From Candidatus Woesearchaeota archaeon (GTDB lineage Archaea > Nanobdellota > Nanobdellia > Pacearchaeales > GW2011-AR1): a DNA stretch of 6,480 nt. Made by a program: the position numbers and the translations under genes. Numbering within the stretch: position 1 is the first letter of the stretch; every line of letters begins with the position of its first letter. The stretch covers positions 25,521 through 32,000 of the forward strand of contig CAZFLO010000001.1 of assembly GCA_964519005.1 (NCBI GenBank), read 5' to 3'. The notes beneath the pieces are model-generated. The model was not told where the DNA came from and made no database searches. It saw nothing but the letters and a program-made list of their open reading frames with translations. Positions 1-5,189 of the stretch are shown one piece after another.

Positions 1-156
1 CTTTTTGATAACTTGAAGCTGCCACTATTGTGAATGCATCTCCTTCTGCTTTTTGGTAGGCTAAAATCCCTAAAGCAGTAGCTGCATCCTTTCCTGCTTT
101 TTGATAACTTGAAGCTGCCACTATTGTGAATGCATCTCCTTCTGCTTTTTGATAAA
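1..156 (-). repeat. In-frame 48-nt (16-codon) tandem repeat array inside the partial CDS, with a perfect 55-nt duplicate
   Basis: Positions 1-55 and 97-151 are identical (offset 96 nt = 32 codons). The motif ctgctttttgRta recurs at 46-58, 94-106 and 142-154, i.e. every 48 nt. The array runs off the window edge. Confidence 0.9.
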
Positions 157-367
157 CTGAACAAAAGGAGTAAATGTTTTTTTCTGATTCGGCATTACCA
201 AAAACTGTAAAGATGTTCCCGCCAATATTTAAAGGAACGCAAAGAGCAAAAATTATTGCCAGTTTGGAAATTTTTCTTTTTATTGTTGTTGGGCGCCACT
301 TCAAAAATTTATGGGAAACAAAATAATAGAACGCAATTGTTAAAGATAACAAAATTAAATTTGTCAT
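1..367 (-). CDS. Partial CDS (first 122 codons; continues past the left window edge): membrane-anchored or lipoprotein-like protein with 16-aa tandem repeats
   Basis: Not in the ORF track because it has no stop in the window. Hand translation from ATG (revcomp of cat, 365-367) is open to position 1: MTNLILLSLTIAFYYFVSHKFLKWRPTTIKRKISKLAIIFALCVPLNIGGNIFTVFGNAESEKNIYSFCSVYQKAEGDAFTIVAASSYQKAGKDAATALGILAYQKAEGDAFTIVAASSYQK. AGGA (revcomp of tcct, 376-379) lies 8 nt upstream of the ATG. There are two hydrophobic segments, then YQKAxxDAxT repeats. An alternative TTG start (302-304) would give a lipoprotein-like signal, MKWRPTTIKRKISKLAIIFAL|C. Start choice is unresolved. Confidence 0.6.
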   Translation of the reverse strand, partial: MTNLILLSLTIAFYYFVSHKFLKWRPTTIKRKISKLAIIFALCVPLNIGGNIFTVFGNAESEKNIYSFCSVYQKAEGDAFTIVAASSYQKAGKDAATALGILAYQKAEGDAFTIVAASSYQK

Positions 368-409
368 TGTTTTTTTCCTATTTACAGAGGCCAAAGGATT
401 TTTTATGAC

Positions 410-443
410 TTGATTATTTTAAATTTGTGAATAACTTTGTTTG
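410..443 (-). promoter_or_regulatory. Conserved upstream element (copy J0) ahead of the partial CDS; candidate promoter region, function unknown
   Basis: ttgattatttt (410-420) and aatttgtgaat (422-432) also occur at 1272-1282 and 1291-1301 upstream of CDS 516..1244. J0 differs by an 8-nt gap. Both copies are followed by a tttg/tttttg-rich tract. No convincing -35/-10 pair with conserved spacing could be defined. Confidence 0.3.
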
Positions 444-495
444 TTTCTAAAGAAAGAAAACCCTGCGCCATTCTTCTTAAGGCCAGGTTCTTACC
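444..495 (-). terminator. Conserved GC-rich hairpin repeat, copy 1; probable intrinsic terminator or REP-like element after CDS 516..1244
   Basis: The minus strand reads GGTAAGAACCTGGCC-TTAAGAAGAAT-GGCGCAGG-GTTTTCTTTCTTTAG. This gives a 7-bp stem (plus-strand 462-469 with 481-487, one bulged C) and an 11-nt loop, followed by a T-rich tract. The core ends 20 nt after the stop codon at 516-518. Core 462-495 matches 3914-3947 at 32/34 nt, and tttctaaagaaa (444-455) is also shared. Confidence 0.45.
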
Positions 496-515
496 AACAC
501 ATAATCAAAAGAATT

Positions 516-1244
516 TTATTTCTTTGATTTTTTTTCGTCTTCAATATCTGGAGGAATTGTTTTTGGATCCTCAGCTATTGTTTCCAAGGTTTCAATTTCA
601 TTAATACTTCTTTCGATAATCGGGATGAGCACTTTTTGAACGCCGGGATAAAATTCAAGGACAGTACCCTTCAAATTTTCCAGATCTTCTTTTGAATTGC
701 ATCCTATGATTTTTCTCAGAAGGATATCTGATTTTTGTATTGTTTTGAAGATATCCTCCCCTTGTTTTGCATTGTAGAAATCCATTGCACAATCAACCAA
801 ACTTTTTTCAGCGAATTCTTCTGAATCTTTCGGCAAAGCCAAATTCAATTTTTCCAGAGATTGATTCAGCCCTTCATGCAATTTCAGTAAATACTCTCTG
901 CTAGAGGTATTTCCCGGGAGTTCTTTCATTTGGTGAAAATGATTTTCCATAAAAGCGGTTAATTCTACGTACCTTTTGAAAGGATTCTTAATGTTTCCAG
1001 GAGGTTCCAGGAAATCCTCCATTATATCAAAATATTCCAGAGACTTCTTTAAGCTTCCAGAATGTGGGAAATTCTCCCTGCCATAGAAATCTTCCATAGA
1101 CTTCTTTAAGCTTCCAGGAGGTTCCAGGAAATACTTCATTATATCAAAATCTTTTGGACGCGGGTTCATTTGTTCCGGGTCCTCTCCCAGAAATGTTTTG
1201 AAAGGATTGTCTTCAATAACTACTACTATTACTATTACTGACAT
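516..1244 (-). CDS. Hypothetical acidic soluble protein (242 aa) with a reiterated N-terminal module region
   Basis: 729-nt ORF with an ATG start (1242-1244) in AT-rich DNA, where stop codons are frequent. No Shine-Dalgarno. The N-terminal ~95 aa are built from repeated short modules (NPFK, DFDIMxxFLEPPG, SLKKSxExF). The C-terminal ~140 aa look helical. No recognisable domain. Confidence 0.75.
   Translation of the reverse strand: MSVIVIVVVIEDNPFKTFLGEDPEQMNPRPKDFDIMKYFLEPPGSLKKSMEDFYGRENFPHSGSLKKSLEYFDIMEDFLEPPGNIKNPFKRYVELTAFMENHFHQMKELPGNTSSREYLLKLHEGLNQSLEKLNLALPKDSEEFAEKSLVDCAMDFYNAKQGEDIFKTIQKSDILLRKIIGCNSKEDLENLKGTVLEFYPGVQKVLIPIIERSINEIETLETIAEDPKTIPPDIEDEKKSKK
974..1208 (-). repeat. 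In-frame internal duplications within CDS 516..1244
   Basis: Three repeat pairs: 995-1033 vs 1112-1150 (39 nt, 2 mismatches, offset 117); 1035-1060 vs 1092-1117 (26 nt, 1 mismatch, offset 57); ttttgaaaggatt at 974-986 and 1196-1208 (offset 222). All offsets are multiples of 3. Confidence 0.9.
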
Positions 1245-1271
1245 AATTTTTAATTTTTAAGATTTAGAAAT

Positions 1272-1300
1272 TTGATTATTTTTTGATGTTAATTTGTGAA
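1272..1300 (-). promoter_or_regulatory. Conserved upstream element (copy J4) ahead of CDS 516..1244; related to both J0 and the J1-J3 junction family
   Basis: Shares ttgattatttt and aatttgtgaat with 410-432. Shares ttttttg..atgttaatttgt with the junction elements at 1780-1802 and 3067-3089. Lies in the 97-nt gap between two CDSs. Function unknown. Confidence 0.3.
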
Positions 1301-1327
1301 TTTTGTTTTTGTTTTTGTTTTTGTTTG
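1301..1327. repeat. Hexanucleotide microsatellite (TTTTTG)x3 perfect, with partial flanking units
   Basis: Reads ttttg tttttg tttttg tttttg tttg. The perfect units span 1306-1323. It sits immediately downstream of the stop at 1342-1344 and upstream of CDS 516..1244. Confidence 0.85.
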
Positions 1328-1341
1328 TTTATGGAAATTTG

Positions 1342-1767
1342 TTAAACTAACTTTACAAATTCTACTGTTTGTTTTTCGTAGGTCTTTGAAACGAGGCAAT
1401 CTGGTGAACAACTTAATTCTACCATTTTCAATGTTGAAAGCTTAATCAAAGCAAGTAGGGCCACTTCATCCGAAAGATCCTTATTGAAAGCAAGATTCGT
1501 TATTTGAGAAATTTTACATTTCCTTTCCCGCTCCATTATATAGAGAAGAACTCTTGTGTCCACTTCATTTATATCAGAACGATCTTCCTTCGAAAAGTAT
1601 TCTGCTAATACCTCAATAAATTTCTCTCGAGCCAGAATACTTTGTTCTGAGCCATGTTCTTTTCCCCTCGTTTTATTGGCCACAACTTCTAGCGAGACAG
1701 GGAAATCAAAGTCAACGTCTTCAAAATGTTTAAGTATGCTAATTAAAACTTGAAATAAATCTTTCAT
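1342..1767 (-). CDS. Hypothetical soluble protein (141 aa); C-terminal half has a winged-helix-like pattern (weak)
   Basis: ATG at 1765-1767 is embedded in conserved junction element J1. Residues ~70-141 (DTRVLLYIMERERKCKISQITNLAFNKDLSDEVALLALIKLSTLKMVEL...KQTVEFVKL) follow a helix-turn-helix-plus-wing hydrophobic pattern. This is pattern recognition only, with no profile search. Confidence 0.75.
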   Translation of the reverse strand: MKDLFQVLISILKHFEDVDFDFPVSLEVVANKTRGKEHGSEQSILAREKFIEVLAEYFSKEDRSDINEVDTRVLLYIMERERKCKISQITNLAFNKDLSDEVALLALIKLSTLKMVELSCSPDCLVSKTYEKQTVEFVKLV

Positions 1768-1800
1768 AAGATTAAATTGTTTTTTGTTAATGTTAATTTG
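1765..1800 (-). promoter_or_regulatory. Junction element J1 (36 nt, includes the start codon of CDS 1342..1767 and abuts the stop of CDS 1801..2493)
   Basis: Plus strand: cataagattaaattgttttttgttaatgttaatttg. Identity is 35/36 with J3 (3052-3087). It fills the whole 33-nt intergenic gap. On the sense strand it reads CAAATTAACATTAACAAAAAACAATTTAATCTTATG, followed by AAA. The repeat is certain; its function is unknown. Confidence 0.5.
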
Positions 1801-2493
1801 TTACCTGCTGATAAACCAATCTCCAACTGTTTTTGGATATTTCTTGGAGAGGAATTTGATTGAATAAATCAAACCTAAGAAAGATAAGAAAGATAAGATG
1901 AATAAACAATTTACTAATATTAAAATGGAACTAAATAATCCAAAATTTATTTCACCAAGAGAGATTAGCTTTTTTGCATATTCAAACCAAGTAATATTGA
2001 ATAAAGTTCCAGAGATTATAGTTGAAGAAACAAAAAAGATTCCAGAAATAAAAGACATCCACAAAGATAATTTAATTTTTCCTGTAATCAATTGAGAAAC
2101 TCCTCCCGTAAAAATACAGCAAATTAAATTTATTAATAAGATCAGAATAATAACAAACAAAGAAGAATCATAATCTCCAATTTTATTAAAAATTATTTGT
2201 ATCACTCCCCCAAAAGAGATTCCACTAATTATTGACATAATTAAATCTTCTTTTGAATATTCTTCAAAGTATAAAATTTTCATTATTACTCGAGAAATTT
2301 TAAAAACAATGAAAAACAACCCGAAGAAAATTGCTGCGTTTGTCAATACTGACAAAACTGTTTGAAGATTAAAATCATCTGCTGGAATATTTATCCAATT
2401 ATAAATCAGATTGATTATTCCGAAAACCAAAGTGAATTTAAGAGAAGTCAAAAGAATCCTTCTCCAAGTCCAGGAATCATTACTTTTTTTCAT
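1801..2493 (-). CDS. Hypothetical polytopic membrane protein (230 aa, about 6-7 hydrophobic segments)
   Basis: 693-nt ORF. ATG at 2491-2493 lies inside junction element J2. Hydrophobic stretches of 20+ aa occur throughout (e.g. FTLVFGIINLIYNWI, AAIFFGLFFIVFKI, LFVIILILLINLICCIF, FSSILILVNCLFILSFLSFLGLIY). Confidence 0.8.
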   Translation of the reverse strand: MKKSNDSWTWRRILLTSLKFTLVFGIINLIYNWINIPADDFNLQTVLSVLTNAAIFFGLFFIVFKISRVIMKILYFEEYSKEDLIMSIISGISFGGVIQIIFNKIGDYDSSLFVIILILLINLICCIFTGGVSQLITGKIKLSLWMSFISGIFFVSSTIISGTLFNITWFEYAKKLISLGEINFGLFSSILILVNCLFILSFLSFLGLIYSIKFLSKKYPKTVGDWFISR

Positions 2494-2526
2494 AAGATTA
2501 AATTTTTGTTAGTTAATGTTGATTTG
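2491..2526 (-). promoter_or_regulatory. Junction element J2 (36 nt, includes the start codon of CDS 1801..2493)
   Basis: Plus strand: cataagattaaatttttgttagttaatgttgatttg. Ungapped identity with J3 is 33/36. A further 9 nt separate it from the stop of CDS 2536..3054. Confidence 0.5.
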
Positions 2527-2535
2527 ATTATTTTC

Positions 2536-3054
2536 TTAAATTACGCCTTCTTGCCCATTGAAAAACCATCCCTTTCTATTTCCAAATAACTCAATTTCCT
2601 GTTTCAAGAAATTTTCTTGATCTCCTTTTGGAATAAACTTCCAAAGATTTTCTTTTTGATCTATTTCTTGAACGTGACCTTCCAAGAATTTTGGTTTGGG
2701 AAAATTCCATTCAATTCTGCAAGAATGGCCAGGAAATTCCTTTTCAAGTGATTGCCAAAAGATATTAATTGTACTCTCAACGCCATCTGAACTCCAGCAG
2801 GAATCATGATAACTTTTCCTTTTTATTTCTGTCCCTTTCCAAAATCCCCCCATTAATCCTTCATAAGTTCCTACGAAAACATAAGAGGAAGACCTTTGAA
2901 AAACAAAGTTTATATTCCGGTAGTTCGTTTCATTTCCTTTTTCGAAAATGAAGTTTATTGTTAACAGAAGAACTTTCTTGGGAGAAAACCTAGAGAGAGC
3001 TAATTCGACCAAGGTAATAATTGCCTGGGAAAGATCTATTTTTGGATTTTTCAT
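2536..3054 (-). CDS. Hypothetical soluble protein (172 aa)
   Basis: 519-nt ORF. ATG at 3052-3054 lies inside junction element J3. No hydrophobic segments and no recognisable motif. Confidence 0.75.
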   Translation of the reverse strand: MKNPKIDLSQAIITLVELALSRFSPKKVLLLTINFIFEKGNETNYRNINFVFQRSSSYVFVGTYEGLMGGFWKGTEIKRKSYHDSCWSSDGVESTINIFWQSLEKEFPGHSCRIEWNFPKPKFLEGHVQEIDQKENLWKFIPKGDQENFLKQEIELFGNRKGWFFNGQEGVI

Positions 3055-3087
3055 AAGATTAAATTGTTTTTTGTTAATGTTGATTTG
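3052..3087 (-). promoter_or_regulatory. Junction element J3 (36 nt, includes the start codon of CDS 2536..3054)
   Basis: Plus strand: cataagattaaattgttttttgttaatgttgatttg. Identity is 35/36 with J1 and 33/36 with J2. A further 30 nt separate it from the stop of CDS 3118..3858. Confidence 0.5.
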
Positions 3088-3117
3088 TTTTTAAGAATAT
3101 GTTCGTTTATGTAAATA

Positions 3118-3858
3118 TCAAATTACGAAAAAACTTAGCAAAGGTCTTTGAGAAATTATCTCAAGTAATTCCCCCATTCTATTTAACATTTTTATCTCAG
3201 TTTTAGAGAGGTCTTGGCCTAAGTTTTCTGTCCACCCTTTCCAAGAAATACTAAAATAATTTTTCTCCCTTAATTCTTTCAAAAATTGTTTTCCTTGAAT
3301 TGTGAGAAGAGGTTCTGATTTATCATTACAGTTAAAGCAGTTTTTTTCCACCAGAAAATTCGCTGCATCAAAATTAATGGAAATCATTTCATCCACTTGT
3401 TTTGATTCTATTTCCAATAGGAACTTAATTGCTTCCAATATTGCTTTTGCATTCTTTTCTTTGGAAATACTTTTTTCTTTCCTAAATGTCAGAAATAATT
3501 GCAATAGCATAAATATTAATAAGTTTATCGCATGAATATAAAGGAAACTTTGAGAAGTCCAAACAAAAATAATTATTTGAAAAACAAGATGTATTCCGGA
3601 TAGAATAAAACCGACTCGGAGGAAATAATACTTGGATGTTGTTTCAAAAGCCATGAAGGAAATAAACATGGCAAGGAAAAAATAAAGAATGGACATTCCT
3701 AAAATTAGAGAGACCTCCCCAATTTCAATTAATAATTCCATCATCTTCTCCTCTCCAGAAAAAGGTTGAGAGATAAACCACCAGAGGATTGCTATAAATG
3801 CTAAAAGGGAAAATATTCCCAGGGCCATTGCATATTTTTCAATAAATTTTTTCGTCAT
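3118..3858 (-). CDS. Hypothetical membrane protein (246 aa): about 4 N-terminal TM segments plus a ~120-aa soluble C-terminal domain
   Basis: 741-nt ORF, ATG at 3856-3858, TGA stop at 3118-3120. Probably the first gene of a five-gene unit, since it follows hairpin repeat copy 2. The C-terminal part (ILEAIKFLLEIESKQVDEMISI...FLVEKNCFNCNDKSEPLLTIQGKQFLKEL) resembles a winged-helix pattern (weak). No Shine-Dalgarno. Confidence 0.8.
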   Translation of the reverse strand: MTKKFIEKYAMALGIFSLLAFIAILWWFISQPFSGEEKMMELLIEIGEVSLILGMSILYFFLAMFISFMAFETTSKYYFLRVGFILSGIHLVFQIIIFVWTSQSFLYIHAINLLIFMLLQLFLTFRKEKSISKEKNAKAILEAIKFLLEIESKQVDEMISINFDAANFLVEKNCFNCNDKSEPLLTIQGKQFLKELREKNYFSISWKGWTENLGQDLSKTEIKMLNRMGELLEIISQRPLLSFFVI

Positions 3859-3894
3859 AATATTTGTTTTATTAATTAGTAATTTAAAGTTATT

Positions 3895-3947
3895 TTTCTA
3901 AAGAAAATTTGTGCCTGCGCCGTTCTTCTTAATGCCAGGTTCTTACC
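3895..3947 (-). terminator. Conserved GC-rich hairpin repeat, copy 2; possible terminator or REP-like element after CDS 3970..4758
   Basis: Core 3914-3947 matches 462-495 at 32/34 nt. The stem is 6 bp (3914-3920 with 3934-3939, one bulge) with a 13-nt loop. The minus-strand tail CACAAATTTTCTTT is a poorer U-tract than in copy 1. The core ends 22 nt after the stop at 3970-3972. Confidence 0.35.
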
Positions 3948-3969
3948 TTTCTTTGAATTTATGTTCCGG

Positions 3970-4758
3970 TTATATTTCAGTCCGGGTTAATCCGTAATGA
4001 TCGAAACCGCCCATTGGTGGCAACTTTTTGATTGTGTATTTGAAATTGCCCAGACCCCCAAATTTTTCGTTAAGCAAATTCTCAAAAATCCCAATTTTCC
4101 TGGTTTCAACCCAACTTGCAAGAATACTCGCCTCTTGAATTAGTTCCACTGGCAAGTTTGTGAATTCTACTATTTTGCCGTCTTTTGTTTTGAAGGTTGC
4201 TGTGAGTTTTATCCCCTCTTCTTCTTTTATCAAAACCGGAGATTCATCTGTCTGGAGTTCAATGAAAGTTTTTGAGGAATTAATTTTTTCTACTTCTTCA
4301 ACTTCTCCCCCTTTCGCTTCTACTCTAGTTATTTCTAACAAAGTAAAAAAACAAAACTCATCAGACAAAAGTCCCGATGTTTTTCTAGCAAGATCATAAC
4401 ATTCAACCTTCATTTGTTCTTCGATTATTTTTATTATTTCAACTGGGTTCAAGTTCCGGCATAAAATGGTAGCCACTTTCAAAGAAGCCCCTGCCCAACC
4501 AAAACCAACACAAATTTGGAGTAACTCTTCAAATGCGTGCTCTTTTTCTTCAGATGGCAAAGAGGAAATCATTTCAATCATTTCATCCACTGAATTTTGT
4601 TGGAAAAATATTTTTACTGCTCCCGAAATGATTGTATTTATGTTGAGATCTTTAAGAAACCGAAAAGAATTTATGAATTCTCTGAACTCTTCTGCGCAAA
4701 AAGTTTTCAAAGATGAAACTTTTGCAAAAATGATTATTACTAATTCTGAAGTTTTCAT
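3970..4758 (-). CDS. Hypothetical soluble protein (262 aa)
   Basis: 789-nt ORF, ATG at 4756-4758, 36 nt downstream of the preceding stop. Helical-looking N-terminal half, then an acidic linker (GGEVEEVEK) and a C-terminal region. No recognisable motif. Confidence 0.8.
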   Translation of the reverse strand: MKTSELVIIIFAKVSSLKTFCAEEFREFINSFRFLKDLNINTIISGAVKIFFQQNSVDEMIEMISSLPSEEKEHAFEELLQICVGFGWAGASLKVATILCRNLNPVEIIKIIEEQMKVECYDLARKTSGLLSDEFCFFTLLEITRVEAKGGEVEEVEKINSSKTFIELQTDESPVLIKEEEGIKLTATFKTKDGKIVEFTNLPVELIQEASILASWVETRKIGIFENLLNEKFGGLGNFKYTIKKLPPMGGFDHYGLTRTEI

Positions 4759-4794
4759 TGTGATTTAGATTTAGTGATTAATGAATTTATTTTG

Positions 4795-5178
4795 TTATTG
4801 TTTTAAAAAAATTGTAGTTCCTCCAGGGATTTTTAATACCTGATACATCTCTCCCGAAATTTGAAACAATTGCTCTGAGTGATATTTCAAAGACAGATAA
4901 AAAGGTTCTCCAAGAATCATTTTGGAAATTTTAGTTCCCGAATTTTTTCTCTTTTTGATGTGAGAAATTATATAATAAATAAACCAGGAAAGAAAGATTC
5001 CAATAGAGAGAATTCCGAAAACCATTAAGAAAATCTTTGAAGAATCAGAAGAAAAATTTTCTAATTTGATCATTGAAAATAAATCATAAAAAAGATTTGC
5101 TATTTTTGCAAAAACCATTATTGCCCATACAAAGAACATTGCCCAGGCGATTTTTATTAAAATCGAAAGTTTTTTCAT
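4795..5178 (-). CDS. Hypothetical small membrane protein (127 aa: 2 TM segments plus a ~45-aa soluble tail)
   Basis: I trimmed the track ORF 4795..5271 to the first ATG (5176-5178, MKKLSILIKIAWAMFF...). The longer form starts at TTG (5269-5271) and would overlap the upstream CDS by 82 nt. The ATG lies 11 nt after the upstream stop (5190-5192) and is followed by cataaaattaaatt, which resembles the junction-element start cataagattaaatt. Confidence 0.7.
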   Translation of the reverse strand: MKKLSILIKIAWAMFFVWAIMVFAKIANLFYDLFSMIKLENFSSDSSKIFLMVFGILSIGIFLSWFIYYIISHIKKRKNSGTKISKMILGEPFYLSLKYHSEQLFQISGEMYQVLKIPGGTTIFLKQ

Positions 5179-5189
5179 AAAATTAAATT

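Noticed and set aside
481-495. GGTTC within the hairpin repeat as a tRNA T-arm fragment or att site derived from a tRNA 3' end
   Set aside because: There is no complementary T-stem, no acceptor or CCA context, and no cloverleaf can be drawn around either copy.
1777-1800. Plus-strand Bacteroidetes-type promoter (TTG ... TAnnTTTG) inside the junction elements, driving antisense transcription
   Set aside because: ttaatttg is only a 7/8 match to TAnnTTTG. The nearest upstream TTG/TTTG motifs are 13 and 6 nt away, far from the ~19-nt spacing expected. No plus-strand gene follows.
2537-2546. Shared aaattacg at the 3' ends of CDS 2536..3054 and CDS 3118..3858 (both proteins end in Val-Ile-stop) as an extension of the cassette boundary
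   Set aside because: The match is only 8 nt in AT-rich sequence and is absent from the third cassette junction (1801-1810). It is compatible with chance.
2700-2830. Duplicated His/Ser/Cys motif (YHDSCW and GHSCRIEW) in the 172-aa protein as a catalytic or metal site
   Set aside because: The spacing differs between the two copies (H-D-S-C vs H-S-C) and no known motif matches. This is too weak without a structure or profile hit.
1765-3087. The 36-nt repeats as a CRISPR array
   Set aside because: Repeat spacing is 561-726 nt and each interval is filled by a full-length ORF. The repeats are AT-rich without the usual palindromic core, and only three copies occur.
1765-3087. The junction elements as classical integron attC sites
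   Set aside because: At 36 nt they are shorter than typical attC sites (roughly 57-140 nt). I could not find the RYYYAAC / GTTRRRY inverse-core and core pair, and the only internal symmetry is a 5-bp AT stem (AAATT/AATTT). An integron-like logic is not excluded, but these are not canonical attC.
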